NCBI GenBank assembly: GCA_963836315.1
Contig: CAWIJG010000002.1
Span: 1,447,786 to 1,511,785 of the forward strand
Reading direction: 5' to 3'
DNA from: an uncultured Verrucomicrobiae bacterium
GTDB taxonomy: Bacteria > Verrucomicrobiota > Verrucomicrobiia > Palsa-1439
DNA length: 64,000 nucleotides
Shown here: positions 9,874 through 20,412 of the stretch, piece after piece
Layout: each line of letters starts with the position of its first letter
How positions within the stretch are numbered: the first letter of the stretch is position 1
Program-made: the position numbers and the translations under genes
Notes under the pieces: generated by a model
What the model was told of the DNA's origin: nothing
The model's database searches: none
The model's input: only the letters and a program-made list of their open reading frames with translations

Positions 9874-11802
9874 TCACAGCCCTGAGTCGAGTACCGAACG
9901 GACGAGCCGGTTGAGCGCCTCAGCGTTGTAGGGTTTTTGCAGGTAACCGAGGCAGCCGTGGCGCAACATGCGTTCGCCTTCCTGATCGTGGCTGTAGCCG
10001 CTGGATACGATGACACGCACATCCGGGTTGATTTCCTTAATGTGTGCAAAGAGTTCGGGTCCGCTGACCTGCGGCATCGCCATGTCGGCAATCACCAAAT
10101 CGATTTCCTTCTGATGCTCGCGGTACGTCGAGAGCGCCGCCGCGCCGTCCGGCGCGCTGAGCACCTTGTAGCCCTTCGCTTCGAGGCCGATCTGCGCCAT
10201 TTCGCGGATCACATCCTCGTCCTCGGCCAGCAGGATGCACTCTTGGCCGCCGCGCGTTTTCGCTTCCGTTGGCACAAGTGTTTTGCTCGGGGTCTTCTGG
10301 GATGCCGGGAGGAAAACCTCAAACAACGTTCCCTGACCTGGTTTTGATTCAACTCGCAATTCACCGCCGGCACCTTTCACGATGCTGAGCACCATCGATA
10401 GCCCAAGCCCCGTGCCTTTGCCCGGCCGTTTGGTGGTGAAGAAGGGCACGAACACGCGCGCGAGCGTCGCTACATCCATGCCGCATCCCGTGTCGCGGAA
10501 CCCGAGGGTGACGTAATCGCCATCCGGCAGGGAAAGCGCGGGGCGGAACGGATCGGACGCATCCAGGTGCACGTTGCAGGTCGTAATCGTGAAGATGCCG
10601 CCTTCGGGCATGGCGTCGCGTGCGTTGACGGCGATGTTGAGGAAGACCTGCTCGAGTTGAGATGGATCAACCTCGATAGGATGGAGATCCCCGGCAAACT
10701 GGCGCTGAATGAGGATCGATTTGTCGAAACTGCGATCGAGCATCTTGAGAGTCTGCTCGATACAGTCGTTGGGGTTGATCACGGTTAAGCGCGGCCCTTC
10801 CCGCCGAGCGAAAGCGAGCAACTGTTTCGTCAGTGCCGCACCGCGGTGCGCGCTGGCCTCCGTCGCCTCCAGGTACCGATACGTCGGGCTGGACGGGTCA
10901 GTCTGTAGTTTCACATAACTGGCGCACGCAAGAATCGCCGCGAGCACGTTGTTGAAATCATGCGCAATGCCGCTCGTCAGGGCGCCGATGGACTCGATCT
11001 TCTGCATTTGGACGAGGTCGCGGTACAACTCCTCGGCTTGCACGGCGCCGGCAACGATGTTAGCGACGGTTTGCATTTCCGCGGCCAACGACTGCGAAAT
11101 TTCCCGGGAGCTGCGGTAAAAGACGCCGATGAGACCGACAAGTTCCTTGCGGCGGACAACAGGGCTTAGCACGGCGCAGGCGATTCGCTCGCGCTCACAG
11201 ACCTTGGCCAATCCGGCCGGGGCAGCTTGGGCTGCATTGAGGAGAACAAGTTGATGTGGGTCGGTGTGCATTTGTTCGAACGCGGGAAGCGACCAGTCCG
11301 CCGCTCCGAGTTGTCCGAAACTGTGTGCTGTGAACCCGAACGCTCCCTTGAGGATGAACTGTGTCAGGCCGTTTTTCTCGGTCACCCAGGTGGCCACGAC
11401 ATCGGCCTCAAAAAGCTGCGCGATTTCTTCGAGCACCTCCTGCGAGATTTGCGCGACGTCGAGTTTATCGATTAAGGCGCGCGAGATCTGGTTCAGCGTC
11501 GATTGCCGCTGGAAGGCGAGGCGTTGGGAAAGTTCGATCTCGCGAAGACGGGTGGCCTGAAGTTCCTCATGGTTTCGTTGGACGCGTTGGACGTATAGGC
11601 AGGTTTCGGCCGCAGAGAGTGAGATCAGCAGCAACGAGGCGCTGCTCAACGGGAGACTGACCTGGACCCACGAATCACTATCGTTGTTGAGTCGCCCGAT
11701 GAGCATGTAGGAGAGCGTGATCACCAGCGCCATTCCGTAGAGTCGCGCGCGTGGCGACCGGTCCCGGGTGTTGCAACTTTTGGCGGTTGGATGTTGCGCC
11801 AT
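9874..11802 (-). CDS. Membrane hybrid sensor histidine kinase (GAF-HisKA-HATPase-REC)
   Basis: Two N-terminal hydrophobic segments, GAF-like region, SGIAHDFNN H-box, NIAVNARDAM, FFTTKRPGKGTGLGL, receiver domain (LLAEDE...DMAMP...LQKP). Confidence 0.93.
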   Translation of the reverse strand: MAQHPTAKSCNTRDRSPRARLYGMALVITLSYMLIGRLNNDSDSWVQVSLPLSSASLLLISLSAAETCLYVQRVQRNHEELQATRLREIELSQRLAFQRQSTLNQISRALIDKLDVAQISQEVLEEIAQLFEADVVATWVTEKNGLTQFILKGAFGFTAHSFGQLGAADWSLPAFEQMHTDPHQLVLLNAAQAAPAGLAKVCERERIACAVLSPVVRRKELVGLIGVFYRSSREISQSLAAEMQTVANIVAGAVQAEELYRDLVQMQKIESIGALTSGIAHDFNNVLAAILACASYVKLQTDPSSPTYRYLEATEASAHRGAALTKQLLAFARREGPRLTVINPNDCIEQTLKMLDRSFDKSILIQRQFAGDLHPIEVDPSQLEQVFLNIAVNARDAMPEGGIFTITTCNVHLDASDPFRPALSLPDGDYVTLGFRDTGCGMDVATLARVFVPFFTTKRPGKGTGLGLSMVLSIVKGAGGELRVESKPGQGTLFEVFLPASQKTPSKTLVPTEAKTRGGQECILLAEDEDVIREMAQIGLEAKGYKVLSAPDGAAALSTYREHQKEIDLVIADMAMPQVSGPELFAHIKEINPDVRVIVSSGYSHDQEGERMLRHGCLGYLQKPYNAEALNRLVRSVLDSGL

Positions 11803-12140
11803 GGAAATACCTCACCGGCTTCGGACGTTTTCGAGCAGAGAATGTGCCGCATCTCGGAATTACGAAAAACAGGCCATTTTTGGCAGCATTTGGTCAAAAT
11901 CCAAGGAACTCGAGAAGCAGGATGGAACTCGGGCGAACAAAATTGCACCGCAGGTTTCTGCAAATCGCGGCCGCATTGCCATCACGAGGGCCGCGGTTAT
12001 AAGGTGTGGCCGCCGTACGGGGGGCCGGTTGGTATGCGGGTGTCATCGGCTTTTCCGATGGCATCAGGAGATTTTCGGATTGCACGGCACGCCCAATTAC
12101 CAGTATGTACTGAGCCAGCCAGGTCCAGGCGTATTTTCTC

Positions 12141-13067
12141 ATGAAACGTAGAACACGATTGTGGCTCCGATTCATACTGATCCTGATGTTGGCAGGAGGC
12201 GTGTATCTATTGCTGCGCAACTACGAGCAGGAGTTCGTCTATGCTCCGAGTGCGTTCCTGCAGAAGACGCCCCGGGAAGCCGAGATGGCCTTCGACAACA
12301 TTGCTCTCGTGGCGGACGATGGCGTCAACATTCAAGGGTGGTTTGTCCCGGCGCAGCCGCTGGAGCAAGAAGTGCCCGCGACCAATTCGATGCCTCCCAC
12401 GCTGCTGTTCTTCCACGGAAAAACGGGCAACATCGGCGATTGCCTCGAAAAGATCCATTTCTTTCACGACATGGGACTAAACGTGTTTATCATCGACTAC
12501 CATGGTTACGGCAAGAGCGGTGGCGCTCCGACCGAGCGCGCCCTGACCGGCGACGCACTGGCGGCTTACTTCTACCTCGTTGAGAAACGCGGCGTGAAGC
12601 CCGAGCGTCTATACATTTACGGCGAAGACCTCGGGGCGGCGGTGGGCATCGATCTGGCGGCCAGGGTTCCGGCGGCGGGGTTGATCACGGAAGGCGCGAA
12701 TGCATCGATCATCGAGAAAATCGAAGACGACTGGCCGTTGATTCCGTGGCAATTCCTGCTTCGCAACCAATTCGATTCTCTCACCAGGATCCGCGACGTC
12801 CATATCCCCATCTTGCTGATCCACAGCGCCGAGGATGAGCTGGTGCCATTCAACAGTTCGCGTCGCCTCTGCGCGCTGGCGCACGACCCGAAGGAACTCG
12901 TTGAGATTCACGGCACGCATGACGGCGCGTTCATCAAGTCGTTCGACGTGTACTACGACAAGATCGAGCATTTCGTGCGCGAACAATCCAAAGACAAATC
13001 TGCTGACACCGCTTTCTCTTCCTCAACGCAAACCAATGCGCCGGCGTCCAAAGAATCGACGCCATGA
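12141..13067 (+). CDS. Membrane-anchored alpha/beta hydrolase (ABHD13/BEM46-like)
   Basis: N-terminal TM, LFFHGKTGNI, IDYHGYGKSGG, nucleophile elbow reading YGEDLGAA (Asp where Ser is usual), IHSAEDELVP, HGTH. Confidence 0.85.
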   Translation: MKRRTRLWLRFILILMLAGGVYLLLRNYEQEFVYAPSAFLQKTPREAEMAFDNIALVADDGVNIQGWFVPAQPLEQEVPATNSMPPTLLFFHGKTGNIGDCLEKIHFFHDMGLNVFIIDYHGYGKSGGAPTERALTGDALAAYFYLVEKRGVKPERLYIYGEDLGAAVGIDLAARVPAAGLITEGANASIIEKIEDDWPLIPWQFLLRNQFDSLTRIRDVHIPILLIHSAEDELVPFNSSRRLCALAHDPKELVEIHGTHDGAFIKSFDVYYDKIEHFVREQSKDKSADTAFSSSTQTNAPASKESTP

Positions 13068-14830
13068 TCCGAACGATCGCGCTGGTAACGGTTTTACTGC
13101 TGGGCGTATTGCGCCCCGCGCCGGCGGCCGACACCCTGCGGCCTGAGCAACTCAAGCCGGGGATGAAGGGATACGGCCTGTCGGTGTTCAAGGGCACCAA
13201 ACCCGAACGATTTGAGGTGGAAGTCGTCGGTGTGTTGAAAAACGCCCTACCCAAGCAGGACATGATCCTGATCCGCATGAGCGGCGCCGACCTTGAGAAA
13301 CACAAGGTCATCGCGGGGATGAGCGGCAGTCCGGTATACATCGACGACAAGCTGATTGGTGCGCTCGCCTACGGCTGGACATTCGAGAACGAACCGCTGG
13401 CGGGCGTCACGCCAATCCACAATATGATGGCACAATTGAAGAGACCCTACCTGTCGCCTTCGCCGGTCACCACGTCCGTCTCGCTCAGTCGTTCGTCATC
13501 GACGCCGTCGCTGTTCGCGTTGCCGAATGCGGCTCTCTCTCGCGCGGCGGAGGATTTCGACACCCCGCGTCCTCTTCTGACACCTCTTTCGCTTGGCGGA
13601 TTCAGCCCGCGTGTAATCGGGCAGATTGCCTCCCGGTTCACAGGCATCGGGATGATGCCGGTCGCGGCTGGTGGCGCGGGAGGCGTGGCGTTGCCGCGCC
13701 GGAGCGGCGACATCGAAGCCGGCGGCTCGATCGGCGTGCAGTTGATCCGTGGCGATCTTAACGCGACAGCCGTCGGCACGGCCACCTACGTGGAGAAGAA
13801 CCGGATTCTTGCGTTCGGCCATCCGTTTTTCCAAGGCGGCTCGGTGCAGGCCCCGGCGGTATTGGCCGAGGTGCAGATCATCATGTCGAGTGTGGAACGT
13901 TCGTTCAAGCTGGCCACTCCCGTCGCCGAGATCGGTTCGATGGTGGGTGACTGGCAGAGCTGCATCGTCGCGGACGCGAAGGTGCAAGCGAAGATGATTC
14001 CGGTGAGCATCGACGCCGCCAACCACGACATGGGCCAGTCGGAACATTATGACGTCGAGGTGATGGAGAATCAGATGTTCACCCCTCAACTCGTGATTGC
14101 GGCGATCGCGGAGAGCGTCACGGCCGCATCGGGTTCCTCACAGGACACCACCGCGCGGATTTCCGTAAGCGCCGAGTTGGGGCCGACAAAGTCGGGCGGG
14201 TCGGCGCGTACGATTACCGTGGCCAACACCTTTTTCAACCCGGGCGGCGGGCTTCTCGACTTCGAGGCGCTGATGCCGCTCGTCGCGATGTTCAACACGC
14301 CGTTCGGCAGCCCGACGGTGAAACGCGTGGACGTGACAGTGGGCGCGTCGCTTACCCGTCAGACCGCCGAGATCAAGCGCGCCTACTTCAGCAAATCGGA
14401 AGTGGAGCGCGGCGAAACGGTCCCGCTCACCGTCGTGATTAAACCGTTCGGGCGGCCGGAGGTCACGAAAACGATTCCCATCCAGGTTCCGGCGGCCACC
14501 GACATGATGCGCCAACTTGCGGTGGCGGTGATTGCCGGCGGCAACGCGCCGACAGATGCCGCGCCGCCCGATAGTCTTGACGATTATCTCGACGTAATCC
14601 AAAAGGAGCATCGCAATACGGATTTAGTCGCGCTGTTGCCGACCGCCAGCCAGGGGATGCAGTACCACGGCAAACTGCTGAAGAAACTTCCGCCCAGCGT
14701 CGTCGGCATTCTCAACGACTCCAGCACCGGTGACGTGGGGGTGGGCGCGGACATTGTGCAACTGGTGGAACCGACCGATTGGGTGCTCAGCGGGCAAGCC
14801 ACAGTCCGCGTCCCGATCCGACAGGAATGA
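13064..14830 (+). CDS. Exported SpoIVB-like (S55) peptidase-domain protein
   Basis: Signal peptide; GYGLSVFKGTKPERFEVEVVGV, IAGMSGSPVY, VGTATYV...AFGHPF; overlaps the upstream stop (ATGA). Confidence 0.85.
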   Translation: MIRTIALVTVLLLGVLRPAPAADTLRPEQLKPGMKGYGLSVFKGTKPERFEVEVVGVLKNALPKQDMILIRMSGADLEKHKVIAGMSGSPVYIDDKLIGALAYGWTFENEPLAGVTPIHNMMAQLKRPYLSPSPVTTSVSLSRSSSTPSLFALPNAALSRAAEDFDTPRPLLTPLSLGGFSPRVIGQIASRFTGIGMMPVAAGGAGGVALPRRSGDIEAGGSIGVQLIRGDLNATAVGTATYVEKNRILAFGHPFFQGGSVQAPAVLAEVQIIMSSVERSFKLATPVAEIGSMVGDWQSCIVADAKVQAKMIPVSIDAANHDMGQSEHYDVEVMENQMFTPQLVIAAIAESVTAASGSSQDTTARISVSAELGPTKSGGSARTITVANTFFNPGGGLLDFEALMPLVAMFNTPFGSPTVKRVDVTVGASLTRQTAEIKRAYFSKSEVERGETVPLTVVIKPFGRPEVTKTIPIQVPAATDMMRQLAVAVIAGGNAPTDAAPPDSLDDYLDVIQKEHRNTDLVALLPTASQGMQYHGKLLKKLPPSVVGILNDSSTGDVGVGADIVQLVEPTDWVLSGQATVRVPIRQE

Positions 14831-14837
14831 TCAACCA

Positions 14838-17051
14838 ATGAGAATACTCGCCCTCCTTTTCCTTTCATCTTTCCTCCTTCACTCGTCCGCCTTCGCGGTG
14901 AAAACCGAGCGTTGGGAGATGAAGACGCCACAGGACTTCATGAACGGCAAGTTGCAGCGGCTCATCGTCACCAGCAATGGCGAATTGCGGCTCGGCTACG
15001 ACACCACGAAACTTGGCGAATTTGCCAAGGAGATTTGGTGCTCGGCGGTGGGACGCGACGGCACGATTTACTTCGGCACGGGATCGCCGGCCGATGTCTA
15101 TGCGCTCGGCAAGGATGGCAAAACGATGAAGCTCTTCTCCGCCGACTCGATTGCCGTGACCGCGCTGGCGCTCGATTTGCGGGGCAATCTCTACGCGGCC
15201 ACCATGCCCGAGGGCAGGATTTACAAGGTCCCCACGAGCGGCAAGGCAGCCGAAGTGAAGACGGATGAACCGTTCAGCAAACTGCGCGCCCCGTATATCT
15301 GGTCGCTCGTTGTGGACAAGCAGGGCCAGCTCTTCGCGGGCACGGGCCCGGACGGGAAGGTTTTCTCCATCGGTACGGATGGCAAAGCGGAGGAATGGTT
15401 TGCGGCGGAGGATTCCAACATCCTGTGTCTGGCGTTGGATGCCGAGGGGGCGTTGCTGGCGGGTGGCAGCGACCGCGGTTCGCTCTACCGGATCACAAGG
15501 AAAGGCCAGGCGGTGGTGCTTCACGAATTCGCGGAGGACGAGGTGAAGGTGATTGCGGTGAGCGGTAACGAAGTCTATATCGGCGTGAACAAGCAAAAGA
15601 CGAGACGTCCACGAGGGGCGGTGGGACGACGCCCGAGCGCGGCGGAATTCGAGGATCTCACACAGCGATTGACCGGCCAGTTCGGTGCGGCGACGACCCC
15701 GGAAACGCTGGGGCGCGACCGCGAGACGCCGCCCGAAGCGCGCCTGGCGAACCTGCTCACGGGGACGCTCTACGTGCGGCACACGGATGGACGTGTCGAC
15801 CGGCTGGCGAATTGGGACAATGAATCTGTGTTGGATCTGAAAGTTGAAGGCGAGGGCTCCGTCGTGGTGGGCATGGCGGGCAAGGGCCGCGTGTACCGCG
15901 TGCGCGACAGCCAGAATTGGGAGTTACTGTTCGATTTTGACGAGCAACTGGCGCTGACGCTCGGGCTACGCGACGGCAACCTGGCGTTCGTCGGCACCGG
16001 CAACATCGGCAACGGATACGCCATCGACCCGCAAAAGGCGCGGGACGGCGAGTTGACGAGTGAAGTCCACGACTGCCGTTTCTCCACGACCTGGGGCAAT
16101 CTCATGTGGATGGGCAGCGGGGCCATCACGGTCGCCACGCGCACGGGCAACACGGCGTTGCCCGACCCGACGTGGTCGGAGTGGTCGGAGCCGTTGAAAA
16201 CCTCACCCGCAAAAGTGACCAGCCCGCGCGGGCGATTCATCCAGGTGCGCGCCCGTCTGGCTACCGCTTCCGAGCCGGTGCTGCAATCGTTGAGCTTGTA
16301 TTACCGGATGCAGAACCAGAAACCCGAAATCTCATCCGTCGAGATTGGGGACAAGCCGAAACCGACGGAGAAGCCGAAGGCCGGTCCGCAAAGCGATTCG
16401 AAGACGGCAGGCGGCGACACCAGCGACGCTGTCTCGGTCAACGGCGCCGCCATCCAACTCGCAACGTCAACGACGCCGACGGAGGAAGCCCGTCCTAAAC
16501 CCGCCAACCCGATCAAGGAGATTCGCTGGCACGCCAACGATAAGGACGGCGACACGCTGGTGTATCGGCTGTTTTACCAGGCAGACGGCGATGACGCATG
16601 GGTGGCCGCGTTCCTGGAGAAGCCGTTGAAGAAGACCGAGTATTCATGGGACACGGAGTCCATCCCCGACGGGTGGTATCGGATCAAGGTCGTCGCCAGC
16701 GATGAGGAATCCAATCCTGCGGGAGAAGCGTTGACGGACGAGAAGGTCAGCGATCTACTCAAAGTGGATAATACACGGCCGCAAGTGCTGCAGCTTGCAT
16801 ACGACGCGCCGAATGGAATCCTCAAGGGAATCGCTCGCGACAACCTGAGCCTGATTCGCTACCTCGAATATTCGGTCGATGGCGGCGAATGGAAGTATTT
16901 CGCCCCGAAGGATGGCGTATTCGACGACCGCGAGGAAGCCTTCGAGGTGAAGCTCGGTGCGCTCGCGTCCGGCCCGCATTCCATCGCCGTCCGCGCAACC
17001 GATGAGGAGGGCAACGTCGGCGTCGAGAAGGTATCGGTAAAGGGAAAGTGA
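14838..17051 (+). CDS. Exported beta-propeller repeat protein with C-terminal FN3/Ig-like domains
   Basis: Start MRILALLFL at 14838; repeated G-x-I/L-Y-x-G-T blades; WSEWSEP motif; beta-rich C-terminal domains (YRIKVVASD, IAVRATDEEGN). Confidence 0.75.
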   Translation: MRILALLFLSSFLLHSSAFAVKTERWEMKTPQDFMNGKLQRLIVTSNGELRLGYDTTKLGEFAKEIWCSAVGRDGTIYFGTGSPADVYALGKDGKTMKLFSADSIAVTALALDLRGNLYAATMPEGRIYKVPTSGKAAEVKTDEPFSKLRAPYIWSLVVDKQGQLFAGTGPDGKVFSIGTDGKAEEWFAAEDSNILCLALDAEGALLAGGSDRGSLYRITRKGQAVVLHEFAEDEVKVIAVSGNEVYIGVNKQKTRRPRGAVGRRPSAAEFEDLTQRLTGQFGAATTPETLGRDRETPPEARLANLLTGTLYVRHTDGRVDRLANWDNESVLDLKVEGEGSVVVGMAGKGRVYRVRDSQNWELLFDFDEQLALTLGLRDGNLAFVGTGNIGNGYAIDPQKARDGELTSEVHDCRFSTTWGNLMWMGSGAITVATRTGNTALPDPTWSEWSEPLKTSPAKVTSPRGRFIQVRARLATASEPVLQSLSLYYRMQNQKPEISSVEIGDKPKPTEKPKAGPQSDSKTAGGDTSDAVSVNGAAIQLATSTTPTEEARPKPANPIKEIRWHANDKDGDTLVYRLFYQADGDDAWVAAFLEKPLKKTEYSWDTESIPDGWYRIKVVASDEESNPAGEALTDEKVSDLLKVDNTRPQVLQLAYDAPNGILKGIARDNLSLIRYLEYSVDGGEWKYFAPKDGVFDDREEAFEVKLGALASGPHSIAVRATDEEGNVGVEKVSVKGK

Positions 17052-17277
17052 TGCTATAGCAGTGCCAGATGTTTTGCGCAGGCATCCAAGGTGTCTTCGT
17101 CTGGTGCTGAGAGCTTCGAGCGGAAATGTCCGTTTTATAGGGCTGACACTGACGACAGACATTTTGACCGCTTGTGTCAATACTAAGGACTGACCCTTTC
17201 CAGCGCTCCGTTACCGGAATTGCTTGTCACCCAGCCAAGGCAGCAACCGGAGATTTCCGAGCAAGTCAACGTCACGG

Positions 17278-17531
17278 AACGGCAGAGACCCTTCGACAAG
17301 CTCAGGGTGACAAACCGGGGAGGAAATCGGACACTACACCGGGGACGGCCCGCGCTCGGCGAGCGCGGCTACAAGGGGCAAACCTGCCAAACGAAAGGCA
17401 ACGACAGAGACCCTTCGACAAGCTCAGGGTGGCAAACCGGGGGGAAATCGGACACTACACCGGAAACGACCGACGCTCATAGAGCGCCGCTACGAGAGGC
17501 GGACCTACCAAACGAAAGGCAACGGCAGAGA
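17278..17531. repeat. Tandem array of about 121-122-bp units (two full copies plus the start of a third)
   Basis: Units start at 17278, 17400 and 17521. They share cagagacccttcgacaagctcagggt..caaaccgggg..gaaatcggacactacaccgg and ccaaacgaaaggca; each full unit contains a hairpin followed by CTAC. Confidence 0.9.
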
Positions 17532-17786
17532 TTTGCCGCAGACGACAGCGGCGTCTCGTCGGACTCGGCTTTCGACAAGCTCAGGATGACAGACAGGGAA
17601 GGGGTAGGCGTTAGGCGGACGTTGGCGAGTATCGGGAATCGATAGTTTTTGCTGGACGGGGCGGGGTCGGTGGTGGTATAGGGGCGATAGTTGTTTGAAA
17701 TAGGACGGTCGGTTTGAAAGACGGCGCTCAGAGGCGGCCGAGACGGCCGCTACTACAATTGTGGCGTCGGTTGGGAGGGGGGAGTC

Positions 17787-17975
17787 CTATAAAAGTATGT
17801 TTTTGCGAAGCGAACCCAACTGAAAATTTCGCATCTATTTTGGCATTAACCAATTAAGTAAAATGATGGTTGGGTTCGGTCGACCGGACCGAACCCATTT
17901 TGAGGGGTGCCGGAAGCGTTTTGGTGTCGAAAACGGGGTGGTTTTGACCAAACCGAACCCAAAGCGAACCCAATT
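17787..17975. repeat. CGAACCCAAC inverted-repeat element, copy C (diverged)
   Basis: CGAACCCAAC at 17811-17820 and GTTGGGTTCG at 17869-17878 (48-nt spacer); more CGAACCCA motifs at 17890, 17954 and 17965; flanks resemble copy B. Confidence 0.8.
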
Positions 17976-18221
17976 CAAGGCACCGGGCGGCGGCAACTCC
18001 GAAAAGGATTCGCGAGCAGGCCCATGCTACACCGGGGCGGCTGGGACAGCCGCTACTACACGAGGGCAGGCAGCCGAAACTACAAGGGAGGTCGGGAAAC
18101 TGTGCCAGTACGAAGCATTGACTCTGTGGATTTGAATGAGGACATTACTTACGCCGCGTGAAGGCACGCTGACTACAACGACAGAGATGCTTCGACAAGC
18201 TCAGCATGACAGACTGATTGG

Positions 18222-18880
<659 letters not shown>

Positions 18881-18884
<4 letters not shown>

Positions 18885-20393
18885 TTCGGCGGCGGGATTA
18901 TTTGCGGTTGACGACGCAGAAGCTGGGACTGCGGAAGAAGCGGGCCGTATTTGCGATCCTTTCCGTTGCTCTCGGCGTGATTGTGGTGGTCAGTGTGAAT
19001 TCCCTGATGGAAGGCGTGCGCGATGTGGCCGTAAAGACGATTTGGACGGAGGAGATCGACCCCAACGTCATCCGGGTATACGCGGGAGAGAATCCGTACG
19101 AGTTTACGTCGCCCGAGGAGGGACAAAAGCAAAAGGCCAGGAAGCGGATGCAGTATTTGAGCGAGTCGGTGTTCGATGAGATTCGCGGCTGGTCCGGGGT
19201 CGAAGCCGCCGACCGGCCCGTCGTGGTGGCGCCCGTGAGCATCAGCGCATTCGGCAAGAGACCGCAGCCGGTTGCCGAGCTTCAGGGTGTGCCCGAGCCG
19301 ATGCTGCTGGAATACGTAACGGACCGCGCGCTGGTGACCGGCAGCACCAACTCGATCCCGCTCGTTGTCGGGGAGCGGGAGGTGCGATTGCGCTTCGATG
19401 AAAAGCGCGGCAAACTGGGGGACGACCCGGCGGGCGAAAAGAACCTGGCTGGGGCGGGAAGTGACCATCGTTCTCGGCGACAACTACGCGCGACTGTCGG
19501 GTTTCGCCTATGATTACGCCAAGCGCAAATACCAGCCGGTGAGCGGCGACGATGTGACGGCGCAACATGACGCCATGGAACGCAGCTTCCGCGGCATGTA
19601 TGATACGACGATCTTCAACACCACGCTCACGCTCAAAGGGCGGGTTGTCGGTTTCTGTCCGGGTAGCAAAGTGTTAATGCCGTTTGACACGGCCGTCATG
19701 TGCGAGAAGTGGCTCGACCAGCGCCGGCGCCTCGCCTTGCGAAATCCCCCACCCGCAACGGACGAGGTGGTGTACGGAGAACGCGGACGCCGCACGCCCA
19801 GATCGGGTGAATACACCGAGGGGGTCGTGCTGGTGAAGCCCGGCGCGGACATCGAGGCCGTGGCCAAACGCATCGAAGAGATGGGGTTTTCCGCGGCGAC
19901 GCGGGCGCGCACGTTCGAGAATCAGGCGCGCGCCTTTGACAGCACGGTGCGCATTGTGAAGCAAGTCGCGTTCGCGTTTGGCAGCTTGATTCTCGGGCTG
20001 GCGTGCGGGCTGGTATGGAGCACCACCTCCAAGACCGTGTCCGACAGCCGCGTCGATATCGGACTGTTCCGCGCGCTCGGCGCCACGAAGCGGGAGATTC
20101 GCCGCTTGTTTCTCGGCGAGGCGGTCTTGCAGGGGGTGCTCGGGACCGTGTTCGGAATGGTGTTGGGTTGGGCGCTGGCGATCGGGATCAGCCATTGGGT
20201 CATCAACTTCGCCCGAGGGCAGGTGTTTGACCCCGAAGAGGCGCTGCTCATCCCCGACTCGATTTTCTCCATCAATCTGAGATTTTGCCTCCTGCTGATC
20301 GTCGGCGCGGCGCTGGTTTCACTGCTGGCCGGTCTGCGGCCCGCCAATCGCGCCGCCAACATCGATCCCGTCAAGGCGCTGAAGAGGGAATAA
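18881..20393 (+). CDS. MacB/FtsX-family ABC permease, split by an apparent +1 frameshift near 19440
   Basis: N-terminal half (18881..19513, ILSVALGVIVVVSV) and C-terminal FtsX half (to 20393, IGLFRALGAT...AANIDPVKALKRE) lie in different frames; removing one base at GAAAAGAACC joins them. Confidence 0.8.
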
Positions 20394-20412
20394 CGGTTCG
20401 GTGCACCAGGAA

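Noticed and set aside
17278-17531. Possible CRISPR array (also the 44305-44458 doublet)
   Set aside because: Units are 78-122 bp and similar along their whole length, with no unique spacers, only two copies and no cas genes.
17220-18161. ORFs with repeated peptides in the 17.2-18.2 kb gap
   Set aside because: Translations of non-coding repeats; the frame is not conserved between units.
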